Shown here in pieces: positions 26,627 through 36,663 of a DNA stretch of 54,144 nucleotides. Source of the DNA: a virus (Duplodnaviria > Caudoviricetes); the IMG/VR virus record IMGVR_UViG_3300036851_000065, positions 1 to 54,144 of that record; one strand, given 5' to 3'. Position 1 is the first letter of the stretch; the number at the start of each line of letters is the position of its first letter. Under the pieces are notes generated by a model. That model saw only the letters and a list, made by a program, of their open reading frames with translations. It did not search any database and was not told the DNA's origin. The position numbers and the translations under genes were made by a program.

Positions 26627-27634
26627 ATGGTAGCAAGAAAACTAGACGGGTGGGACCACTACGGTACATCACAACTGGGAAGAAAAATAGCCACAATTCT
26701 AAACGTGCCTGTGGTTGCCTCTCCCGGTAGATTTGGCGGGGGCATGATAACGGGACCCAACCTAAATTCAGGGTTCACAGACACAATTGATAGCCAAGCT
26801 ACATTTATTGTAGGTATGGCTGTAAGATTTGTGGGGGCCTTACCATCAGCAACATCTGTAGTACTAGGATTTTTAGATACAGGTACACTTCATACTGATC
26901 TAAGAATAAGTAGCGGTGGAATTTTAACTGTTACTAGAAATGCTAGTTTATTAGGAACGGGTACCGCTGTATTAGTAGCAAACACTTGGTACTATATTGA
27001 AATGAAGGTTACAATCAACGATTCAACAGGTGTAGCAGTAGTTAAAGTTAATAATACTACAGATATTAACTTATCTGATGTAGATACTAGAAATGCTGCC
27101 AACTCTACAGCTAATCAAATTCGTGTATTTGGTGTAACAAATAATCCTGTTACATGGAACGTTGATGACTATTATGTGTTTGACTCTACCGGATCAGTAA
27201 ATAATGACTTTAATGGTCCAGCTAGAGTTTGGACAGGTTTTGCATCAGAGGCGGGAAACTCAGCACAATTTACAGGAACACCGGGACCAAACTTCGCTAA
27301 TGCTAATGATGCGTCATCAGACGATGACGGTAGCTATAACTTTTCATCAACCGCTAATCATATTGATTCATTTAAGTTTGATGATCCTCCAATTACTTCT
27401 GGTACAGCCACAGCTTTCCAGCATGTTATTACTGCGAGAACAGATGGGGCGGGGGCTAGATCACTAGCAGCACATCAAAGAGAAGGATCAACTAATTATG
27501 CTGAGGCGGGACAAAGCTTATCAGCTTCATGGGCTATGCACAGATTCATAAGAGATACCAACCCTGCTACATCGGCGGCTATTACTGCGGCAGAATTAAA
27601 AGATGACGAGTGGGGCTACAAACTAATCAGTTAA
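26627..27634 (+). CDS. Virion structural protein with lectin/LamG-like beta domain
   Basis: DGWDHY N-terminus, NTWYYIE.KV, VDDYYV.D..G..N.DF.G motifs; AAGGAGG RBS. Confidence 0.65.
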   Translation: MVARKLDGWDHYGTSQLGRKIATILNVPVVASPGRFGGGMITGPNLNSGFTDTIDSQATFIVGMAVRFVGALPSATSVVLGFLDTGTLHTDLRISSGGILTVTRNASLLGTGTAVLVANTWYYIEMKVTINDSTGVAVVKVNNTTDINLSDVDTRNAANSTANQIRVFGVTNNPVTWNVDDYYVFDSTGSVNNDFNGPARVWTGFASEAGNSAQFTGTPGPNFANANDASSDDDGSYNFSSTANHIDSFKFDDPPITSGTATAFQHVITARTDGAGARSLAAHQREGSTNYAEAGQSLSASWAMHRFIRDTNPATSAAITAAELKDDEWGYKLIS

Positions 27635-27687
27635 GGAACCGTTTACAATACAATGTAAACTCCACAATATGATGTTGGAGGGAGATA

Positions 27688-30600
27688 ATGCCAAAACAGC
27701 CTAACGTTAGGGTTAGTCAAGATGTAGTTGAGGCTCTTATTTCCCTTCCAGCAACACCTGACAGTATTGTCGGGGCTGCTGTTACCCAAGATGTTATCGA
27801 AGCACTTATCTCTGATCAAGGTAACGTACGAGTTAGCCAAAACGTTATAGAAGCTCTTATATCTGATACCCGCAATGTTCTAGTTTCACAAGATATAATC
27901 GAAGTTTTAATTTCTGTACCAGCCACGCCAGATACGGCTGTTGGTGCTGCAGTAACACAAGATGTTATTGAAGTTCTTATCTCGGATGCGGGGAAAGTTC
28001 TTGTCTCACAAGATGTAATTGAAATACTTATATCCTATGATCCCGGTATTACGTCATCTTATGCGCACGCTCAATCACAAGCTGATATCAAGAAAACAAA
28101 TAATGTTCATGGTCAAGCACAAGGTGATATTAAAACTACCTACTATCAGCATGCTCAGGCGCAGGGTTTTATAGGCGGTACTAATTTTCAACAAGGCCAA
28201 TCTCAGGGTACAATATTAACAAATGTATCTCAGCATGGTCAAGCTCAGGCCGATATCCTTCAAACTTACTTTGCTCATGGTCAGGCTCAGACATTTATTA
28301 GAAAGAGTGTTGGCTATGGACAGGCGCGAGCTTCGATACAAACTCTTAGATTATTAGATACCTTTAGTCGCAACGAAGACGTCGGTGTATTAGGAACACC
28401 CGATATTGGCCCCACATACGAGCTTATTGAGGCAGATCAACTTATTGCTCCTACTGGTTGGGGCTCAATTGAAGTAAACGGATTTACCGCGAGAATTGTT
28501 TGGACAGTTCTTGGTGCAAACGTATGGATAGAGAATCCTGTTAGTGTTTTAGATCATGAAGCATCCATTGAATTTAGTTATGATAATACCTCACCATTAT
28601 ATAGCTCTTTTTATTTAGAACTTATAGGTGGAGTAACTAATAACTTCAATGACAACGTTGGAATATTTTTTGAAGAAGTCGCGGGTCTTACGCGGTTTTC
28701 TTTATATGCTAATGTTGGCGGTAACTTTGAAGAGAGTTCTTCCACAGCTTTTCCATTAGTAGGGAATGAAACTTATGTACTAAAATACACGGTTTCTGGC
28801 GGTGTTTTGAGAGGAAAGGTTTGGAATATATCTGGTCCTGAACCGGATTGGATGGCAGAACTAATCTTATCTGGACCTAACGTTTCCGGGTACGTTCAAT
28901 TTTTCGCAAGAACAGTTTCAGAAACTCTTCCTAATATTTTAACACTAGATAATTGGAACGTTCTTTCGGCTGAACCTGTATTGCCACACGCTCAGGCCCA
29001 AGCTGACATAAAAGCAACACTAAATAAACACGGACAAGCACAAGCTATGGTTGTTAGAAGACTAGCTTCTGGACAAGCTAAAGCAAAAATCAATGCTTTT
29101 GGTGTCAATAAACACGCACAGACTCGTGCAGTAATAATAAAATCCGCTGGTTATGGTCAGGCACGAGCAGATATTCTTAAAACAACTAGAGCATTTGCTC
29201 AGGCTAGAACGCAAATTAATCAATCTAAGCAGACAGGTCAAGCTCAGGCTGATATCCTTAAAACCACTAATAGGGTTGCCCAAGCCCGAGCTAAAATAAT
29301 ACTCAAAAGGTCTAGCCACGCTCAGACGCAAGCCTATATAAAGATACGGGTTACGGCCTCAGCACAAGCGGAAGGTTTTATAAAAGCGCCTTCATTTAGT
29401 TCTGGGCAATCTAATGCTCTTATTGATAGTGCAATTAAGAATATATACGGTCAAGCGCAAACTCTTATTGAGCAAACCTATTCAACTTCGGGCCAAACAC
29501 AGGCACACATTTGGAAAACTGTATGGAAATTAGCCCAAGCACAAGCTGCTATACGAAAACAATCAAGTAATTCGGGCCAAGCTCGGGCTTATATAGCCAC
29601 GCCGTTTGCTCAGGGTCAAGCACAAGCATTAATTACCACTACAACACCATCGGGTCAAGCACAAGCATTTATTATTAAGACAGTTGGTTACGGCCAAGCA
29701 CAAGGAAGAATAAAGGCTACTAGAAGTTTTTATGGGCAGGCGCAAGGTTACATAAGACGAGGATTTATGCGTCATGGGCAAGCGAGGGCTATGGTAAAGG
29801 CCGTTAATAGGAAACACGGGCAAGCACAAGGCTATATTGCTCGATCCATTGCGTTTGGTCAGGCGCAGGCAGTCATTAGAAGTGGAATAAATACAGGACA
29901 AGTCCAAGCATATATCAAGAAAATACTTACATCTAATGGGCAAGCACAAGCGTTTATTGCTAGAGGGTTGAAATACGGACAAGCACAAGCGTATATTACA
30001 GGAGAACAAGAAAGATATCTTGTTAAGTATAATAACTACATTCTTCCGGGGTATGCTCAGCATGAAAGTATAGATTCAGATATGGGCATATTCAATCACT
30101 ATGCTGCTTATGAAGATTCGTCTTTGTCTGAGTATGCGGGGTTAAAAAATAAGTTAATTTCTCTACAAATGAAGGTAGCAGGAGAGAATTACCACGATTC
30201 CAAAGAACAAATCCAAGTTGCAGCTACGGTGCTGCGTTCACGATCATCCGGGTTTAGCCTATTGTACATTCAACGAAGTGATAGGCACTATGAAGCTTTG
30301 GGTAAGAAGATTTCAATGGAATCAACAGCCCAACAATCAGGTAAACTTATTGATTACAATATTGAGTTTGAATGCAAGCCTTGGTTAATAAGCGATGCTG
30401 TTTATACTGTCTCTGGCACAGCCACGGTACAAGCTATAAGAACGTTGTACGACGGCGGTTGGAGCCCTGTTACTCTAACCGTCACAGGAACCAACATTAC
30501 GGTTTCAGGCTATACAAATACTGAGCAATTTACAGGATTTGTTACTATCTCGGGAGTTACAAATAATCTCATTCTTGACACAGAAAAAGAGGGTTATGCC

Positions 30601-30690
30601 ACTCTTTACGTTGGGCCGGGGACAACAACATTTGAAATAACAGGCGCTACAGATTGTGTAATTTCGTACCATAATAGATGGTACCTTTAA
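27688..30690 (+). CDS. Repeat-rich tail fibre with C-terminal Dit paralogue
   Basis: Six V(S/T)Q(D/N)V(I/V)E.LIS repeats, many GQAQA.I repeats, central beta domain; last ~225 aa align by eye with 25863-26615. Confidence 0.8.
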   Translation: MPKQPNVRVSQDVVEALISLPATPDSIVGAAVTQDVIEALISDQGNVRVSQNVIEALISDTRNVLVSQDIIEVLISVPATPDTAVGAAVTQDVIEVLISDAGKVLVSQDVIEILISYDPGITSSYAHAQSQADIKKTNNVHGQAQGDIKTTYYQHAQAQGFIGGTNFQQGQSQGTILTNVSQHGQAQADILQTYFAHGQAQTFIRKSVGYGQARASIQTLRLLDTFSRNEDVGVLGTPDIGPTYELIEADQLIAPTGWGSIEVNGFTARIVWTVLGANVWIENPVSVLDHEASIEFSYDNTSPLYSSFYLELIGGVTNNFNDNVGIFFEEVAGLTRFSLYANVGGNFEESSSTAFPLVGNETYVLKYTVSGGVLRGKVWNISGPEPDWMAELILSGPNVSGYVQFFARTVSETLPNILTLDNWNVLSAEPVLPHAQAQADIKATLNKHGQAQAMVVRRLASGQAKAKINAFGVNKHAQTRAVIIKSAGYGQARADILKTTRAFAQARTQINQSKQTGQAQADILKTTNRVAQARAKIILKRSSHAQTQAYIKIRVTASAQAEGFIKAPSFSSGQSNALIDSAIKNIYGQAQTLIEQTYSTSGQTQAHIWKTVWKLAQAQAAIRKQSSNSGQARAYIATPFAQGQAQALITTTTPSGQAQAFIIKTVGYGQAQGRIKATRSFYGQAQGYIRRGFMRHGQARAMVKAVNRKHGQAQGYIARSIAFGQAQAVIRSGINTGQVQAYIKKILTSNGQAQAFIARGLKYGQAQAYITGEQERYLVKYNNYILPGYAQHESIDSDMGIFNHYAAYEDSSLSEYAGLKNKLISLQMKVAGENYHDSKEQIQVAATVLRSRSSGFSLLYIQRSDRHYEALGKKISMESTAQQSGKLIDYNIEFECKPWLISDAVYTVSGTATVQAIRTLYDGGWSPVTLTVTGTNITVSGYTNTEQFTGFVTISGVTNNLILDTEKEGYATLYVGPGTTTFEITGATDCVISYHNRWYL

Positions 30691-33600
30691 AGTGGGTGGT
30701 TACTATATTACGGGTTAGGATAACGGACTTTGATGGATCAAATCCAATAAATTTGGAAAGAGCCAAGAACATAACAGAGTTTGAAGCTGTTAATACACCT
30801 GATGAGGGCGTGTCTTTTGACATTGCAAAAAATGATCCCAAGGCCGAAATATTAAATCCTGATACAGTGGCGGGATTTACAAAGTTTTGGGAGGTTTGGG
30901 AAACTACAACTAATGAGCGTCTAAATTATGGGTCAATTACCTCTATAACAGAACAAGGCTCTGATTATAGGGTGGTAGGAGCGGGAAGATCAAGCCTATT
31001 AGCTGACTTCAGAAAATCAAAGAAGACTTTTTACACTCCCATTGACTCTATTGTTGATGATCTTCGTTATGAAAACCTAGCCATCCAACCAAGAACAACA
31101 ACACTTGTTCCTCGTGCTGAGTCTAGCGCCAGTCAAACTACTATCTTCGGTAGTTCAGTAATAAGGGATGAGAAGTATGCTGGTCTTAGTAAACAAACTA
31201 AAGATAATGCTATTGATGATAATTTCGGCCTTATAAAACCCGGAGAAATCGAACCGCCTAATACATATTTCTCAACCGATTCATATTGGGCAGGTCAATC
31301 TGTTTCAGACAGCCATGTTATTGATTTAGGAGATACCTATGATGTAAGTAAACTCCTTTTAATCCTTCCGTGGTGGGGAGGTATAGAAAGGAAAGGAAAC
31401 AGAACATATGATTTTGAAATAGCGTATGCTGATGATACCGAAGCTCCGCTTGTTACCTATCAAGGTAAAAAAATTGGTCCCTTTCATCCTATATTTGATA
31501 CAGGGGCGGATAGCAGGCTTGTTGTAGGAAATCAGCCGGGGGCTTCATTTTATTTGGGAGCTACAGCAAGTGGTATAGGTCTTGACGATCCCACCTTCTA
31601 TACAGCTTTAAGTTCACCGGGACCCGTAAATTGTAGGTATATTAGAACAAGAGTATACGATGTTCATGCTTGGTATGGAAGTGTTCTTGACACTAATCCG
31701 TCTCTTGATGGGTGGGATTTTCAATGTGATCCTGATTATCAGCCGGGAGATTTTGGTACTGATCCCGCTGATGCCGAAGGAATTATGACGGATAAAGTTA
31801 TTAACGAAAGAGTTTTAGAGCCTGCTAATGATTGCTTTGCTTCTATAGTAGAAATGGGAGTATATCAAGAAATTCTATCAAAGGATGAGATAAAACCCCT
31901 TGCTTTGCAACGAATTGATAACAATAATCTTCAAATAATATACAACCATATTCCTGATCCAAGCGAGACAATTACCACGCCTAATGGGTTTAGAAAGTTT
32001 GAGCCGGGAGGTTTCTTTAGACAAATTAGTGTCGATTATAGTGGTGCTAATACTACTTATAATAAATTTTATGATTCTGATTGTGCAGGTTGCTATCCAG
32101 ATGGGTTCAATTTTGGTGTAATTGATCAGAATAATAGTCTTGTTATATCTAGGGATCAAACATCAGGAGTTGGAGTTACCGTCAAATCGGGAGCTTATAC
32201 AAGTCTTGTATTAATGAAAGGGGCTTCTGATGCTACTGTTACATTAGCGGATTCATGGCCCGCAATTACTGATCCTCTATCATGGGGAGGAAGTTATTCA
32301 TATACAACAGTTCAAAATGATTATGCTATTCTTCATTTCAGGGGCCAATCATTGAAGTGGTATGCTACAATACCAACAGGAGAAACCGGGGCTACGGTTA
32401 AAATAGAAATACGTAACAAAAATGCTAGCGGAACATGGACGGCCTATAGTACTTTGGAGACAGGACTTATATTACCCAATAATATAGCTTCTGAGGTTGT
32501 GTATGAGATAACATATGAATCAGGTATTCTAGCTGCCAATACGGTATACCAGTTAAAGATAACTAATTTAAATGGGGGTTATTGTTCGATAGATTCATTT
32601 GAAGGTTATTGGTCAGCCTCCATGACGCAGTACAATGAAGATAATCACCGAATTAATGTAAGTGCGCCTGAAAGACTTACACAAGTCTATGACAGCAGAT
32701 TTAGTGGCGGCTCTATGTATCGTTGGAACAACAATACTTTCTTTAACTTCCACTTTGAGGGAGACAGAGTAGTAATTCTATCAGCTAAGGGTAGAAATCA
32801 CGGTAAGCTTAGGTTAATTCTCCTAAAAGGTAATGGGCCATCATATTATGATGAATACCCTAACGATAATCAAGTATTTATTCCGGGCGGAAGTCCTACA
32901 GATGGCAGTATTTCTATTGATCTTGAAACAAGTAGACGTGGAGCGGAAATTACACAGTTTGTAGCATTTGACTCTAATGAGTACTTTCCAAACGGCTTAC
33001 CTTGGGGTAAATATCTAGTTGGTATTTATTTACTACCATCTGAGATAGAAACATATACAACTACAGATGATGTGGATGCTAATAATTTCATTGACAGGTG
33101 TTCTGATTGTACTGATCCTACAGGAGAAGCAGTTGAGATAAATAAGTATGTTTATCTAGACGCTATCGCTGTTCACGAAAAGGTGGGGCTATCAATTTCC
33201 TTTGAAAACGAAACTCACTTAGATATATTACGTGCAGTAGCTGAAGCTGTGCAAGCTGAGTGGGACGTTACCGAACAAGGAGTACGTTTAGAGCCCCGTA
33301 TTGGAATAGATACAGAAGAAGTATTGAGAGAAGGACAAAACACGCTGGTAGACTGGCAAGTAGTTAACGATGTAAATAGGGTGGCTTCTATTCTTGTATC
33401 TACTGGTGCAGATATTGATGGGCTTCCTTTGTTCGCTATAACAGAAAATAAGGAAACTCGACAAACATTAGGTAGAACAGTCATGCGGCAGCAGGACTTT
33501 AGAAATATAGCCGACTATTTTCAACTTATCGGAATGTCACGAACAGAATTAAAGAAGAGACAGGTACCAGAAAAAAGAATAACAGTAACGCATATTTCTT

Positions 33601-33755
33601 CTGACTTCACATTACGCAAGGGAGACTCTTTTATTTTGTATACAAAAAAGATGGGGCCATTGAGGGTTAGAATAATGAGAAGGCAGATTAGTAATTCATC
33701 ATCATCGGGTAGAACATACGAATTGGAGTGTATAAAATGGCCTCTGATAACATAA
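30678..33755 (+). CDS. Tail tip/baseplate hub protein (Tal-like) with inserted carbohydrate-binding-like domains
   Basis: Hub-like N- and C-termini, discoidin-like YW...VIDLG..Y.V segment; synteny. Confidence 0.65.
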   Translation: MVPLKWVVTILRVRITDFDGSNPINLERAKNITEFEAVNTPDEGVSFDIAKNDPKAEILNPDTVAGFTKFWEVWETTTNERLNYGSITSITEQGSDYRVVGAGRSSLLADFRKSKKTFYTPIDSIVDDLRYENLAIQPRTTTLVPRAESSASQTTIFGSSVIRDEKYAGLSKQTKDNAIDDNFGLIKPGEIEPPNTYFSTDSYWAGQSVSDSHVIDLGDTYDVSKLLLILPWWGGIERKGNRTYDFEIAYADDTEAPLVTYQGKKIGPFHPIFDTGADSRLVVGNQPGASFYLGATASGIGLDDPTFYTALSSPGPVNCRYIRTRVYDVHAWYGSVLDTNPSLDGWDFQCDPDYQPGDFGTDPADAEGIMTDKVINERVLEPANDCFASIVEMGVYQEILSKDEIKPLALQRIDNNNLQIIYNHIPDPSETITTPNGFRKFEPGGFFRQISVDYSGANTTYNKFYDSDCAGCYPDGFNFGVIDQNNSLVISRDQTSGVGVTVKSGAYTSLVLMKGASDATVTLADSWPAITDPLSWGGSYSYTTVQNDYAILHFRGQSLKWYATIPTGETGATVKIEIRNKNASGTWTAYSTLETGLILPNNIASEVVYEITYESGILAANTVYQLKITNLNGGYCSIDSFEGYWSASMTQYNEDNHRINVSAPERLTQVYDSRFSGGSMYRWNNNTFFNFHFEGDRVVILSAKGRNHGKLRLILLKGNGPSYYDEYPNDNQVFIPGGSPTDGSISIDLETSRRGAEITQFVAFDSNEYFPNGLPWGKYLVGIYLLPSEIETYTTTDDVDANNFIDRCSDCTDPTGEAVEINKYVYLDAIAVHEKVGLSISFENETHLDILRAVAEAVQAEWDVTEQGVRLEPRIGIDTEEVLREGQNTLVDWQVVNDVNRVASILVSTGADIDGLPLFAITENKETRQTLGRTVMRQQDFRNIADYFQLIGMSRTELKKRQVPEKRITVTHISSDFTLRKGDSFILYTKKMGPLRVRIMRRQISNSSSSGRTYELECIKWPLIT

Positions 33756-35608
33756 GAGAAGTAGGTAAATTTGTTAAACAAACAAGACGGGATACGGACT
33801 ACGCTTTAAAGCGGTATCACTCAAAGATTCCTTTAGTGGAGAGAACTAGAGATATTTTTGATTCCGAGATTCCTTTCAAGATGAACTTTGAAACTAAAAG
33901 AAAGGGCAACAAGGTTCTCTTAGACCTTAATTTTAATAAACCTCCCCCGCTAAATAGATGCAAAAGTGATTGCTTAGCAGCCACCTGTGAAAGCTTTGTA
34001 GTAGAGCCCGGTATAGATCATCTGCTTACGTTACAACAGCCTTATATAGCTGGCACTACAACAGTTTTTATAAATTACTCTCAGGTTCTTCCATCAACAT
34101 TTGATGAAGTTTCTCCTGAGAGTGGTCAAATTTTCGTTCAGGGTACTACAACTAGTACCCTTATTACCGTGTGCTATAGTTATGGTAATTGTGACTCAGA
34201 CTTTGAGGATTGTATCAACATTGGTACGGGAGCTTATACAGGATTAGCTGTGGTATTTTCGGATCGCTTTGATAGAACTACTCCAATAGAGAATCCTGCT
34301 GGTGGCTGTGGTGAATGGGATTTCTCTGCTTTTGGTGATCCCGTTGTAACAGATAATGCAGCCGCTATACGTTCGGGCCTTATTTTTCTAGGCGAGCCAT
34401 TATCTGATAACTTCGAAGCTTTGTTTGCTGTTAAGGGTTTGGGACCGGGAGGTAAATGGGCTATAAGTCTTGGTAGCCCAAGCTTTCCTGTTGCAGCTAG
34501 TTATGGTTTTATTGCCGGGCAATTAACAATGAGCAGTACTTATATGTATACTAATGCCACAAATAGTTTCACATTTTGGGAGGGTGGTATTGTTAGTAAA
34601 GCATTTGTAGATCATACGACAGAGGATTTTTATATACGATTCGCTAGTGTTCCGGGTTCGGGCGCGTTTATACGCATCTGGCCTCAAAGCGAACCAGAAC
34701 CGGCTGGCGGATTGTTTGGGGTTTGGAGCTTTCAAATATCCCCATTTAATGCTCCTATATTACCCAGTGGTCCGGGACCACAACAAGATGCTATATTTGA
34801 TGAACAAGTATTTCCAGCGTTAGGTATAATCGGGGTAACAATGGATGATGGCGTAGCTCTCCAAGCCATTTCAGTTTGGGGACAAGGTGGTATGGGCCGA
34901 TCAAATATGCCTGCTATTGATGAGTTTCCCGGTTCCTATCGAATTAATTCATGTACTGTAAATCCAGACGGGTTACTTAGACAAGGACATTGTTCTAGCA
35001 CTACGATAACTGTTACAGAAGCAAGTGCAATTCAGGAGATGGATAATAGTAATCCTCACTGTGCCGTTGGCTTGTCTTATGAAATCACGGTTGGTAGCCC
35101 TCCGACTCCTACGGGGAGGCATCTAAATTCTTCACAACATACAAGGATATTTAAGTTTCCAGAAAATGATCCCAACTATCCGGTTCCAAGTCAGGTGAGA
35201 TTGACTGGGGAAGTACAAACCCTTAATTTTCTCGGTGTTGGGTTCGAAGTGGGATTTTATTCCCTTGGGGGTCCCGGTGAACCGGGACAGGCGGGCTTTT
35301 TCTTTGCAGGAAGTCTTGTAGGTACTGCATCTGGTGGTAATGGTAATACTTGGAATTCATTTGATATTACGCTTCCAGTTATTGACGGAGTTGTTCACTA
35401 TACTGTTGGATTTTTAGGTGGAGTAGATGCCGTCGAGGCTGCGTTAGGATCAGAAACAGAAAATCGCGACAGTAATGAGGGGGCTATTATTGATCTTCGA
35501 TTTGTAAAGGTTTATTCCATTAGTCCACTTACTTGCTCTACTCACCCGTATTGTCCTGATTCTCTTGAACGCTATAATGAAAGAAATGAAATAGAGGAAG
35601 AACTATAA
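33737..35608 (+). CDS. Minor tail/receptor-binding protein
   Basis: Follows Tal; DRFDRT beta domain, Cys-rich joints. Confidence 0.6.
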   Translation: MASDNIREVGKFVKQTRRDTDYALKRYHSKIPLVERTRDIFDSEIPFKMNFETKRKGNKVLLDLNFNKPPPLNRCKSDCLAATCESFVVEPGIDHLLTLQQPYIAGTTTVFINYSQVLPSTFDEVSPESGQIFVQGTTTSTLITVCYSYGNCDSDFEDCINIGTGAYTGLAVVFSDRFDRTTPIENPAGGCGEWDFSAFGDPVVTDNAAAIRSGLIFLGEPLSDNFEALFAVKGLGPGGKWAISLGSPSFPVAASYGFIAGQLTMSSTYMYTNATNSFTFWEGGIVSKAFVDHTTEDFYIRFASVPGSGAFIRIWPQSEPEPAGGLFGVWSFQISPFNAPILPSGPGPQQDAIFDEQVFPALGIIGVTMDDGVALQAISVWGQGGMGRSNMPAIDEFPGSYRINSCTVNPDGLLRQGHCSSTTITVTEASAIQEMDNSNPHCAVGLSYEITVGSPPTPTGRHLNSSQHTRIFKFPENDPNYPVPSQVRLTGEVQTLNFLGVGFEVGFYSLGGPGEPGQAGFFFAGSLVGTASGGNGNTWNSFDITLPVIDGVVHYTVGFLGGVDAVEAALGSETENRDSNEGAIIDLRFVKVYSISPLTCSTHPYCPDSLERYNERNEIEEEL

Positions 35609-36048
35609 TGGGCGATGATTTTAGGGGACTAAGTAGAATCTTTAAACAGGGCGGGAAAGATTCCTCCGATGCTCTAAAAAGATACTCGCCCATTCGTCCT
35701 AGATTAGAAAGAATACTAGATATATTTGATAGTGTAGTTCCATTTAATATGGAATTTTATACTAAGGCCAATGAAACAACAGTTATGTTAAATTTGTATT
35801 TTAATGAGGCTCCACCAACTAACTGTTGTGAAGCTAATCTATGTGCCATATGTGAATTTTTCTCAGATGGAGAAGAAATAATACAATTGGAACGAGGATA
35901 CATAGAAGGTAGTGTCAGTGTATTTATAGATGGTGCCCTTCGCACAACATATGTGGAGACAAGCCCAGTCGAAGGAATAGTAACAATCACTATAGCGGTA
36001 GCTGTAGGAACAGTAGTTAGAATCTGTTATGTTTATGAGAAGGTGTAA
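35608..36048 (+). CDS. Minor tail protein, paralogue of the N-terminus of 33737-35608
   Basis: Shared KQ..D...ALKRY...ER..DIFDS..PF.M.F.TK...L.FN.PP.N.C. Confidence 0.65.
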   Translation: MGDDFRGLSRIFKQGGKDSSDALKRYSPIRPRLERILDIFDSVVPFNMEFYTKANETTVMLNLYFNEAPPTNCCEANLCAICEFFSDGEEIIQLERGYIEGSVSVFIDGALRTTYVETSPVEGIVTITIAVAVGTVVRICYVYEKV

Positions 36049-36050
36049 AA

Positions 36051-36260
36051 ATGTATCCCATTGATGTTAAAGTTTGGATTGATGGTAAAGATGCAACCAA
36101 ATGGATATTTGGTTCTGAGACTGTAGTACTTTCCAATATAAACAGGAAGTGGTCTAAGATAGATATTAGCTCATTCATTAAAGGTCCGGGTACTCACGAA
36201 ATAGAAATAACTGCTGAGGCTGGTATCGGTCGAGTGGAATGTAGATTAGAAATAAGTTAG
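36051..36260 (+). CDS. Small beta-sandwich tail-associated protein
   Basis: YP.DVKVWIDGKD.T...DISSFI..PG.HEIEI. Confidence 0.55.
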   Translation: MYPIDVKVWIDGKDATKWIFGSETVVLSNINRKWSKIDISSFIKGPGTHEIEITAEAGIGRVECRLEIS

Positions 36261-36268
36261 GAGGAACT

Positions 36269-36517
36269 ATGAAGGTCGAATTCACTAAAGATGTAGAAGA
36301 AGAGCGAGTTAATCGAGCTACTTGGGATGCGTTTTCCAGTCGTAGTATTGTAGAAGTTGTTCATAAAGCTAAGGAATTAGGGTGGGCTGAGAAAAAAGTT
36401 CAAGTACGTTCAGAAAAAACAGGTAAAGGTATTATGTACTACATAGAACCTTATGAAGAAGGTTGTGGGTGCATGGGGATGCTTAGGTATGGAGATTTCT
36501 TCGATCCGCCCTCCTAA
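36269..36517 (+). CDS. Hypothetical protein
   Basis: AGGAGG RBS. Confidence 0.6.
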   Translation: MKVEFTKDVEEERVNRATWDAFSSRSIVEVVHKAKELGWAEKKVQVRSEKTGKGIMYYIEPYEEGCGCMGMLRYGDFFDPPS

Positions 36518-36541
36518 AAGATAATTTGAAGGTTATAAATA

Positions 36542-36643
36542 GGACGGCGTAGCTTCTTTTCAATAGTAACCATTCTGGCCGATGAGGTTCTCAGGGTCGT
36601 GGGTGTTGAGAACGAAATTCCCACATGAAAACGCTTGCCGTCC
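36542..36643 (+). ncRNA. Structured RNA, type III hammerhead-like variant
   Basis: Outer stems GGACGGC/GCCGTCC and TTTTCA/TGAAAA; core CCGATGA...GAAA around GTTCTCA/TGAGAAC; CCA/TGG stem; GTGGG/CCCAC pseudoknot. Confidence 0.5.
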
Positions 36644-36663
36644 AATTAGAAAGGAAAACATTT

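Noticed and set aside
27688-30010. CRISPR array or DGR template/variable repeats
   Set aside because: The repeats are degenerate at synonymous positions and reflect protein repeats; no identical repeat-spacer pattern and no reverse transcriptase.
36576-36600. Fluoride riboswitch or glmS ribozyme, suggested by GGCCGATGAGGTTC
   Set aside because: The fluoride 3' CTGATG..CTCTAC segment and the glmS AGCGCC cleavage-site strand are absent.
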